NCBI GenBank assembly: GCA_964016885.1
Contig: OZ024748.1
Span: 26,102,001-26,166,000, forward strand
Source: Eledone cirrhosa
Lineage: Eukaryota
Length of the DNA stretch: 64,000 bases
Direction of reading: 5' to 3'
Part shown: positions 53,635 to 64,000 of the stretch, piece after piece
Numbering within the stretch: position 1 is the stretch's first letter
Layout: each line of letters starts with the position of its first letter
Notes under the pieces: generated by a model
Told to the model about the DNA's origin: nothing
Seen by the model: only the letters and a program-made list of their open reading frames with translations
The model's database searches: none
Position numbers and translations under genes: made by a program

Positions 53635-56259
53635 GAAGTGAGATGAAAGTGAAGGGCACCATCACCTGGGAAGTGAGATGAAAGTGCAGGGCGCCATCAC
53701 CTGGGAAGTGAGATGAAAGTGCAAGGCACCATCACCTGGGAAGTGAGATGGAAGTGCAGGGCACCATCACCTGGGAAGTGAGATGAAAGTGCAGGGCGCC
53801 ATCACCTGGGAAGTGAGATGAAAGTGCAAGGCACCATCACCTGGGAAGTGAGATGGAAGTGCAGGGCACCATCACCTGGGAAGTGAGATGGAAGTGCAGG
53901 GCGCCATCACCTGGGAAGTGAGATGAAAGTGCAGGGCACCATCACCTGGGAAGTGAGGTGGAAGTGCAGGGCGCCATCACCTGGGAAGTGAGATGAAAGT
54001 GCAGGGCACCATCACCTGGGAAGTGAGGTGGAAGTGCAGGGCGCCATCACCTGGGAAGTGAGGTGGAAGTGCAGGGCGCCATCACCTGGGAAGTGAGGTG
54101 GAAGTGAAGGGCACCATCACCTGGGAAGTGAGATGAAAGTGCAGGGCGCCATCACCTGGGAAGTGAGATGAAAGTGCAGGGCACCATCACCTGGGGAGTG
54201 AGGTGGAAGTGCAGGTCACCATCACCTGGGAAGTGAGGTGAAAGTGCAGGGCACCATCACCTGGGAAGTGAGATGGAAGTGAAGGGCACCATCACCTGGG
54301 AAGTGAGATGAAAGTGCAGGGCACCATCACCTGGGAAGTGAGGTGGAAGTGCAGGTCACCATCACCTGGGAAGTGAGGTGGAAGTGCAGGTCACCATCAC
54401 CTGGGAAGTGAGGTGGAAGTGCAGGTCACCATCACCTGGGAAGTGAGGTGGAAGTGCAGGGCACCATCACCTGGGAAGTGAGGTGAAAGTGCAGGTCACC
54501 ATCACCTGGGAAGTGAGATGGAAGTGCAGGGCGCCATCACCTGGGAAGTGAGGTGAAAGTGCAGGTCACCATCACCTGGGAAGTGAGATGGAAGTGCAGG
54601 GCGCCATCACCTGGGAAGTGAGGTGAAAGTGCAGGTCACCATCACCTGGGAAGTGAGATGGAAGTGTAGGGCGCCATAACCTGGGAAGTGAGATGGAAGT
54701 GAAGGGCACCATCACCTGGGAAGTGAGATGGAAGTGTAGGGCGCCATAACCTGGGTAGTGAGGTGGAAGTGTAGGGCGCCATCACCTGGGAAGTGAGGTG
54801 GAAGTGTAGGGCGCCATAACCTGGGAAGTGAGGTGGAAGTGCAGGGCACCATCACCTGGGAAGTGAGGTGGAAGTGTAGGGCGCCATCACCTGGGAAGTG
54901 AGGTGGAAGTGTAGGGCGCCATCACCTGGGAAGTGAGGTGGAAGTGTAGGGCGCCATCACCTGGGAAGTGAGGTGGAAGTGCAGGGCACCATCACCTGGG
55001 AAGTGAGGTGGAAGTGCAGGGCACCATCACCTGGGAAGTGAGGTGGAAGTGTAGGGCGCCATCACCTGGGAAGTGAGGTGGAAGTGTAGGGCGCCATCAC
55101 CTGGGAAGTGAGGTGGAAGTGCAGGGCACCATCACCTGGGAAGTGAGGTGGAAGTGTAGGGCGCCATCACCTGGGAAGTGAGGTGGAAGTGTAGGGCGCC
55201 ATCACCTGGGAAGTGAGGTGGAAGTGTAGGGCGCCATCACCTGGGAAGTGAGGTGGAAGTGTAGGGCGCCATCACCTGGGAAGTGAGGTGGAAGTGCAGG
55301 GCACCATCACCTGGGAAGTGAGGTGGAAGTGCAGGGCACCATCACCTGGGAAGTGAGGTGGAAGTGTAGGGCGCCATCACCTGGGAAGTGAGGTGGAAGT
55401 GTAGGGCGCCATCACCTGGGAAGTGAGGTGGAAGTGCAGGGCACCATCACCTGGGAAGTGAGGTGGAAGTGTAGGGCGCCATCACCTGGGAAGTGAGGTG
55501 GAAGTGCAGGGCACCATCACCTGGGAAGTGAGGTGAAAGTGCAGGGCACCATCACCTGGGGAGTGAGGTGGAAGTGCAGGTCACCATCACCTGGGAAGTG
55601 AGGTGAAAGTGCAGGGCACCATCACCTGGGAAGTGAGGTGGAAGTGCAGGGCGCCATCACCTGGGAAGTGAGGTGGAAGTGAAGGGCACCATCACCTGGG
55701 AAGTGAGGTGGAAGTGCAGGGCACCATCACCTGGGAAGTGAGGTGGAAGTGCAGGGCACCATCACCTGGGAAGTGAGGTGGAAGTGCAGGGCACCATCAC
55801 CTGGGAAGTGAGGTGGAAGTGCAGGGCACCATCACCTGGGAAGTGAGGTGGAAGTGCAGGGCACCATCACCTGGGAAGTGAGGTGGAAGTGTAGGGCGCC
55901 ATAACCTGGGAAGTGAGGTGGAAGTGTAGGGCGCCATCACCTGGGAAGTGAGGTGGAAGTGCAGGGCACCATCACCTGGGAAGTGAGGTGGAAGTGCAGG
56001 GCACCATCACCTGGGAAGTGAGGTGAAAGTGCAGGGTACCATCACCTGGGAAGTGAGGTGGAAGTGAAGGGCACCATCACCTGGGAAGTGAGGTGGAAGT
56101 GTAGGGCGCCATCACCTGGGAAGTGAGGTGGAAGTGCAGGTCACCATCACCTGGGAAGTGAGATGGAAGTGCAGGGCACCATCACCTGGGAAGTGAGGTG
56201 GAAGTGTAGGGCGCCATAACCTGGGAAGTGAGGTGGAAGTGTAGGGCGCCATAACCTGG
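53635..56259. repeat. 35-bp GC-rich minisatellite, ~75 copies
   Basis: Unit GAAGTGAG(A/G)TG(A/G)AAGTG(C/T/A)AGG(G/T)C(A/G)CCAT(C/A)ACCTGG, with constant length and no spacers. Confidence 0.96.
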
Positions 56260-56553
56260 CTAGAAAAGTCTTTTTGAACCAAAATTTTGCAGAATTGCGT
56301 TTTCTACATCATTATCTACAATTAGTCACTAGAAAGTAGTTGCTCGTTAACTCTATCCTAGTCATAGGCGAACATAACATATCTCCACACTCATACATGT
56401 CACGCAGACATACACACACGTGTACATATATATATATTATATATATATATAATTTCGCAAATTTGGGTCACTGGCAGCATAATCTTCAGTGACCACCCGC
56501 ATACACACAACACATGTTAAAATTGTGAGAGGTGCAGAGGGGTGTGTGTGTGT

Positions 56554-56632
<79 letters not shown>

Positions 56633-56849
56633 CTCTAACTTATGAAAAAAATACAAAAAGTGCAGTCACTGCAGCTATATATATTACAGATATTTTTTTC
56701 TCTGAGTGCAGTTACCAGACAGAATTTGTTCTGCCATTGTAATTCCATTCAAACCTCTTTGATGATTCTAGCACTTCTATAGTCTTATTTGTAAACATCA
56801 TAATACTTTTTTACACATAAAACCATAAATCTTTTGTTATAGTCTATAC

Positions 56850-57188
56850 CAGGGGTGTGCAACATATTAAATTGGCGGGCCAGTTTTGAACATTGGAACA
56901 ACTTTAGGGTCAGTCACTGTCAAAAATATGTAATCTACTGAAAACAAGTGAATTGAGTCATAAATACATTTTGAATACATTTTTAAACAATAAAGACAAA
57001 TAACACAGAACTGGTAAATTATAACACACACAACCCTATCAGTGAATCCCTTTAGTATAGGTCAGAAAATTGTATTACGGTTACGAAAAAAATTCGAAAT
57101 AAACCTATAAGGTAAAAATTTAAAACGGTCATCTGACTATCCTAGTAAGCCGGATTGTGATTCGCGGACCGCCTGTTGCACGCCCCTG
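56850..57188. mobile_element. hAT (Charlie/Buster-type) MITE
   Basis: TIR CAGGGG(T/C)GTGCAAC; 8-bp TSD GTCTATAC/GGCTATAC. Confidence 0.85.
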
Positions 57189-57517
57189 GGCTATACTATA
57201 TCCTAATAATTTTATTGTGTTTATTTCAACGGAATGCATATATTCCCACTCCGTTTTTCCTTTTCTCACTCTTTATCTTTCTAATTTATTTTCTATTTCT
57301 AACTCTATCTTCTGATGAAGGACTAGTGTAATAAACGTTAATGCTCTTTTCCTGCTATCTGAAGCGTTAAACTAATATATTTCTTCAATATACTGTGTCG
57401 TTTGCTTTGTTATTTTTATTTACTTTTTACCTCTACACACACACACACACGCACGGACGAACACACACACGCACGGACACACATACACGCACGGATACAC
57501 ACATGTATATATACATA

Positions 57518-57546
57518 CTAGCTGAGTAGCCCATCGTTGCTGGGCA
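57518..57546 (-). mobile_element. Helitron-like 3' terminus
   Basis: Hairpin CCCAGCAACGATGGG followed by CTAG-T on the minus strand, similar to the end at 19302. Confidence 0.5.
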
Positions 57547-58329
57547 ATAATCACAATAGTTTTTTTTCTAACGGGATAAAATTATATAAAACGGATACTG
57601 CCCCGCACTCCTCTTTTTATTATATATTCTAAAACCCACCAAAATCCCAACTGAAGTAACAACGCCCTTCTATGCACACGCTTCTATATATAATCTTAAA
57701 TGTGCACCTCCCTACGTACATCAACCTATGTACACCATGCTATAAACACACATACTTATACACATCCAACCATATACTCATGCTCCAATGTACAATCTCC
57801 GTAGTGATGTCGTTGGCATTTTAAACCTGGCGTAGCTCAAACCCTCTCAAGATTTGAACACAGCCGATTTCTTCCAGAGAAGGGAAGAGTAAGTGGTAGA
57901 AAGAAAATGAGAAAGAGATAAAGCGGAAGAATCGACCCAGTACTAGACTGGTACTTCTTTTATCGACCCCCAAAAGATGAAGACAAAGTTGATTTGGGTG
58001 GATTTTGAACTCACCAGAGAACCAGAAAGAACACCAAAAGTCCGACCTTCTCACCTCTAGCGTAACTAGCGGGGGGGCAGGTGGGGGGACCCCCCTGGCT
58101 TTCCTCTCGGTCTAGGTGGGCCCCCTAGGCTATAATTCTAAACACATAACTTATTACACATGTAATTACGAATCCTTAACTACAACAACTTAAAGAAAAC
58201 CCTTAATCTCTAATAAGACTAGAAGTTAAGACCAATTTCTTGTTTATTTAAAGAATATAATATTTCGGATAAAATGGCAACTGCATCTAAAAAATGTGTG
58301 GAGAATATTCAGTCGAATAAAAGCGTTAC

Positions 58330-58519
58330 ATTTTTTTTATTTGCTTTCTCCACATCTTATTTAGTTGAGTCAGGTTTCAGTCGGGTTATGCATCTGCTTT
58401 CAAAAAGTGGAAATCGCCTTGATATAGAAAGAAGAGGTGGTTTACGACTCTCTCTAACGGCTTTGACACCAAACATTGACAAATTAGTAGCCTTGCCTCA
58501 ATCACAGGGATCTCATTAA
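58330..58519 (+). pseudogene. C-terminal fragment of a different (Buster/Charlie-type) hAT transposase inside the element
   Basis: FSTSYLVESGFS...RNRL-like (GNRLDIE)...LRLSLTALTPNIDKLV...QGSH*. Confidence 0.7.
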
Positions 58520-59445
58520 ATATATATATAAATGATTTGATATCTAAATTCTATATTATTCTTTTTGTTTGAAATGTTGTAATACATGCTTATGTTATTC
58601 TCGATACTCAGTTTTTTAACCTAATATTTAATTAAAAGTATAATTGTGCATGAGTATATACACACAAATATATATTTAGTTGGAATAAAATATTCGTTCT
58701 CATCATGAACTTTCTAAAGTTGTAACTTGATATCTGACATTCTGTTGTCCTTAAATATTCTGTCCAGAACTTTGACCTAATTGTCTTCCTCTATTGTAAC
58801 ACCCCCGCCCCATCCTCTAACTGCTTTCCATTGAATTTCATCTTTTATCTCCTTTTCAGCCGATGGATTTTGTTGATTTAGAAACCAGCCAATGAATACC
58901 ATCGGTCAATATTCCTTTATATTTTGATATGTTTTTTATTCTTGTAATAAAATTAGTTTTCATTCAACACTGACGATAGAGAGCGGATGGAGGTATGTTG
59001 TATTTTCTTTGTATAATTTGTAAAATATAAAATATATATATATATATCTTAATGAAAATACACATGCCAATATCTGATCCCTTGAAACGATCGTCTGTTA
59101 AAGTGTAAATCAATATTAATAGGAAGAACATGTTCTTTGTTTAATTTTTCATTGTTTTTCAATGTCTTATTTTGACTCTGTCTTCCAATTGTTTTACATT
59201 ATTAATTAACTACATGTATTTTTTATGATTTTTCCACATTTGGATTACATTGAGTTCTCTATACGGATTCGACACTACCGTTTACTCCGGTAGATTAATC
59301 TGTTATATATATATATATTCCCTGGACTTTTGCTCTATGTTTTGTTTTTCGTCGATTATTTGACGTGTTTTACATTCTTCGGTGTTGAATATCAAATCAA
59401 GCGAATTGCATTATTCCAACTGTGTCAATATAGTGCTCATTAAGA

Positions 59446-62144
59446 ATGTTGCCTAAAAAAAATTACAAAACTGGAGCAACAAAGAGGAAAGAAGCTAGAC
59501 AAGCTGCCAGGGAAGAATCTGCAAAGAAATGTCATCTAATCACAAGTTTTCTGAAAAGTCAACAGTCTTCGTCAACAAGTAGTGACGCATCCCAAACCAA
59601 TATAACTGCCGGAATTTCCGGCGAGTCGGTCTGGTCAGATGAACTGGAGAAACAGAAAAGCACTGGAGAGTCGCGAGAACCTGACGTCGAAGATGCCTCA
59701 GGTCCATCGACTATCTCAACAACTGTCGTAGTCTTTGAAGATATAGTTCCAAATGGGGATCCAAACTCAATAGAGGAAAAAATGGCTGTATCGGAATCTG
59801 AAAATGAAAATGATTCAGAGGAAACTACATCGGCAAAACAAATCCCAGAGCATGAGCCAGTAGAGTGCATGTTGAATTTACAAGAGAAGTATCCAAGCGA
59901 CCCGAAACATTTCGAAGACAGACCATTGACGACACCTCTAATTCATGCCCTCATGGCCGTTGGTCCTTGTCAGCCAGGATTGAAAGATAATTTTGCTGAT
60001 TTCCCTCTCGACTCGAACCACAGAAAATTCAACATCAGTTGGTACAAGAGAAAGTGTGCTGGAATCCATGAAGTTGACCGACACTGGTTAGTATACTCTC
60101 CTGAATCCAACAGACTATATTGCTTTTGTTGTTGGCTGTTTGCTGATAAAAATGCCGAATCTTACTCGAAGACTTGGGGTAATCCAGAGTGTGGGATGGC
60201 AAACTTCAAAAAGGGAATCGAAAAAATTGCCAATCATGAGAAAAGTACCATTCACATCAATGCACAAAAGCAATACTTCATGACAAAATATCGTTTGGAC
60301 GCAAATAAAACGGTGATCGATAACCTTATCCATGAAGAGAAGAAGCGAATTGAACGAAATCGCCAGATATTGGGGCGATTGCTTGATTGTACGTTATTTC
60401 TCGCAAAACAAGGCTTGGCCTTCAGAGGTCACAGGGAATATGCTGGACTTGGCGCCAAATCAGAAAATGAAGGAAACTTTATTGAATTGTTGAAATTGAT
60501 AGCCAAGTATGATACGATCTTGGAAAGCCATTTCTTCTCGCCTGGGCGCACTAAAAGACAGCCTATGTACTTAAGTCCAAAATTACAAAACGAATTCATA
60601 GAATGCCTGGCAATTGAATGTACTCAACAAATAATTACGGAAGTGAAAGAGGCAAAATACTATTCAGTCATTGTCGATTCCACAATAGACATTTCGCATC
60701 AGGATCAATGCTCTGTGTCACTGCGATATGTATCGAAAAGTGGCCACGCACAGGGGCGTTTCCTGTCATTTTGTGAACTAAAATCAGCAGCCGCTGAATC
60801 ATTTTTCGATACGCTTGTGAAAGTTCTTTTCCAGGATCTTTCCTTGGATGCTCAATATATTAGAGGACAAGCTTACGACGGAGCGTCGAATGTGTCCGGC
60901 CATATTTCTGGGCTTCAGGCTAGAAAGCTGTTTACGTCCATTGTTGTGCTCATAACCTGAACCTGGTGTTAATTGATGCGAGCCAATCGTCAATGGATGG
61001 TAAATTATTTTTTGGTACATTGGAGAGCCTGTATGTTTTCTTAACATCAAGTTTGCCAAAGCTGAAAATCCTCGAAGAAGAACAAGAAAAACTATTGACT
61101 TCAGCGGTATTAACATTAAAAAGACTCTCAGATACGCGCTGGTTTAGTCACATTCAGGCTGTAGAGGCTACCATTAACAATTTACCGGCAGTAATAAGTG
61201 CACTAGAGAGGATAATAAGTGGGGATGTTCGCAACACTTCTCCGAAAGTATTAGCCGAAGCCAGAGGTTTGCTACTAAATGTGAGCAAGTTTGAATTCAT
61301 TTTCATGTTGAAGTTTTTTCAGAATTTACTTAAAAAGCTGCATTCTGTTTCACAATATTTGCAGAAGGAGGCTATCGACTTATATTCCGCGGACGTCATG
61401 ATTAAAAATGTAGTAAAAGAAATTGAAGAAATCCGCTCAAATAAATATTTTGACCGAACATTATCAGACACTAAAAATCTCGCCGATCAATGTTAAGTTG
61501 AACCAGAGTTTACAACAGAAAAACGGAAAACAAAAAAGAAGCGTTTTCATGACGAAAATGCCAGTGACGAACCTCATGAGACGATACGTCAGCATTTTAA
61601 ACGGGACGTTTATTTCACTATCCTAGATAGAATCATTAGTAGCTTTAACGAACGTTTTGCCGACTTGCACGATCTAGTGAAGGATTTTTCGTGCTTGATA
61701 CCGGCGCACTTCGACGACGACGACACATGCAATAAAGAGAGAATCGATAATCTTGCGAAATTCTACGAGGGTGACATCGAAAATGACACTATCTTCGATG
61801 AGTATTTATCATTCAAAGATTTTTACAAGGAAGTGTGTTTAGATAAATCCATATCGAGTTCTGAGATCGTTCCGTTTATGATTTCTAATGACTTAGATAG
61901 TGCCTTTCCGAACGTGTTTGCCTTATACAAAATGTTCATAACTATTCCGGTTAGCTCGGCGCAGGCTGAGCGAACCTTCAGCAGGCTCAAACTGATAAAG
62001 AATTATTTGCGTAGTACCATGAGTGAAGAGCGGTTGAATGCTCTGGCAATGATGTACATAGAGCGAGAACTGGCTGAAAAAATTGACTTCAGCATCGTGA
62101 TTGAAAAATTTTCTAAAGTAAAACATCGCAAATTAGAACTGTAG
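59446..62144 (+). pseudogene. hAT transposase (TTF-type zinc finger, DUF4371-like core, C-terminal dimerisation domain)
   Basis: Motifs WLVYS...LYCFCCWLF, LAFRGHRE, GNFIELL, VDSTID, QAYDGA, VHCCAHNLNL, DTRW, PVSSAQAERTFS. One frameshift deletion near 60922 and one in-frame TAA at 61494-61496. Confidence 0.92.
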
Positions 62145-62675
62145 AACAAGTGATATGCTCGAATGTGAAAGTAAAGTTTTAGATGGACGATTTGTTGCAC
62201 ATACGAATTTTTGTTTGTGAATAATCGATTGCAAGACTAGTTTTACTGGATATTGTTTTGCTTTTTTCTGAAGATAGACCACCGTCTTTGCAGTTAATAA
62301 AGTTTTCACGGAACATGCTAACTCTGTAATCTATGATGTATTCTACTCTATTATAAATTATCTATTCTAGACGCCCGTATGAACATATTTTCTTGCAGCT
62401 GATGGAAATGAGCGTATGGAATTGGTGGGCCCCCTTTAGATCGGATTCCCCCCCCCCCCTCCCTGGCTTTAAAAGCTAGTTACGCCACTGCTTCTCACGA
62501 CTCTGCATATTCGCCGCCTCCAATATTTTAAAATACACGTTAAATAAAAAAAAAAAAGGTTATATAGAACACGGCCATTTGTTAAAGTAGCAAATATTGT
62601 TACGAAAACATATAAAATCGATTTTAAAAATCTTGGAAAACCAGATATAAGTTTCCTCAATCATATACTCCAAAT

Positions 62676-62850
62676 ATTGTTTCTACGTTTGGCACAAGGC
62701 CAGCAATTCACCAGTGCATTACTGGTACTTTATTTTATCGACCCCGTAAGGATGAAAGGCAAAGTTAAACTCGGCGGGATTTGAACTCAGAATGGCAAGG
62801 GCCGTAACTCTATACGTCAAAGCATGGCGCCCGACCCTCTACCGATACTG
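62676..62850 (-). mobile_element. tRNA-derived SINE
   Basis: Same family as 12457-12648. Confidence 0.82.
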
Positions 62851-63471
62851 ACATATTAAGAGTTGTAACCAGCAGATAGTATCAACAATGGAAAGATCAA
62901 TAGAAATATTGTTTCCTTTGTCCAATCTGACTTCTTTTTCAAATATTTGTCAACATTGTTACTATTTGTGCTTTCTCTGTCCGACACTTTTTCTTCTTGC
63001 TTTGACTGAAGCTGGGGGGGGGGGGGGGGGGGGGGCGCACCTCTCAACCCGGCACGTAGGCCTGCTTGTTCTGTTACGAACTTTTGTTGCATTTCATCTG
63101 TGATTAAAGTGAAAGGGTATACTTATTAATTAATAGCTGATACACGCATAGCGGCTAATTGCTTTTGGTGTTGGAAACATTGACAAGTCGTTTCGCAAGC
63201 TAAGAAATACATATTTTGAGGACTATGAACACATTTTTTCGAATATACTTTGGAACGGTTACATTTACAATTGCCCCCAATGTTTATGTATAACACTCAC
63301 ACGTTTCCTTACACACCCCTAAATTAGCGAAAACAACACCACTTAAAATACAATTACAAAGTTAAATAAATTAGAATTAATAATTGTTTCCACTTTTTTT
63401 TTTATTCCCCTTTCAAAACTTCTTACTATAATTTAAACATCTCACTATTTATTAGCTACTATATATATATA

Positions 63472-63534
<63 letters not shown>

Positions 63535-63864
63535 TTCAATCAAGATTTTAACTTGTAATTTTTTAATTTCTAATTTTCAATCATAATTTCCACTGTGAAA
63601 CCATAATATCTAGAATCAAGTTTATACTCTCTTAGCGGCTGATGGTCAATTCTATTGTCCAATCATAACTTAGGGGTAGTATTGAGGCCTATTGAGAGTC
63701 ATACTCTGCCACCACCACTAGGTTTCGGTCAACTGCCACTGGCAGGGGGACTAGCAGTAAACTATAACCGTGTCATATTACAGACCTATATGGCTGATTG
63801 TTTCGTTGGGGTATGAGGGGACCTGCCTAGGCGAATTTCGTAGAGTTTTGGGGTAGTGGATGGT

Positions 63865-64000
63865 CAACTTCCTCCGGACTTGCGCCTGCGCAAACCGGTG
63901 GGGGTGAATTGGGACTCACAAGGGAACGGACGAAGGATTCAAGAACACCCGCTTTATCCGTTCCCCTGTCGATTCAATTTGGATTGTCCCGGGAACATCA
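63865..64000. promoter_or_regulatory. Possible CpG-rich promoter edge with an NRF1-like site
   Basis: TGCGCCTGCGCA at 63881-63892 in locally GC/CpG-rich unique sequence. Confidence 0.4.

Larger units (their letters stand above)
58055..62490 (+). mobile_element. hAT DNA transposon (ZMYM1/Tip100-like), full-length but inactivated
   Basis: Perfect 8-bp TSD CTTCTCAC (58047-58054 and 62491-62498); TIR core GCGTAACTAGC. It splits a SINE that continues after 62498. Confidence 0.92.

Noticed and set aside
53635-56259. 35-bp repeat as a CRISPR array
   Set aside because: Head-to-tail units with no unique spacers, no cas genes and a eukaryotic context.

Overview
Eukaryotic (animal) genomic DNA, AT-rich and dense in microsatellites. 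The repeat complement suggests a coleoid cephalopod such as Octopus (inference). Most ORF-track entries are (TA)n/(CA)n artefacts. Two spliced host genes, missed or only partly caught by the track, lie head-to-head with their ATGs 75 bp apart: IGBP1/alpha4 (minus strand, exons 1-2 in window, continuing off the left edge) and a complete 3-exon FMC1 (plus strand, 110 aa). The rest is mobile DNA: a 5'-truncated Naiad-like Penelope element (RT + GIY-YIG); other Penelope, RTE, CR1/L2, L1/Tx1, R4/Dong and CRE fragments; about 20 copies of a tRNA-derived SINE; a 4.4 kb hAT with an 8-bp TSD; a deleted mariner; MITEs; Helitrons; and two satellites (44/45-bp and 35-bp units). The most notable unannotated signal is a dense set of well over a dozen type I hammerhead ribozyme motifs from several families. 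Many sit beside (TA)n tracts and several form palindromes with a ribozyme on each strand. They include non-canonical cores (position 3/8 variants, U-U at the base of stem II, an approximately 90-nt stem II). All folds and protein similarities were assigned by eye and need confirmation.
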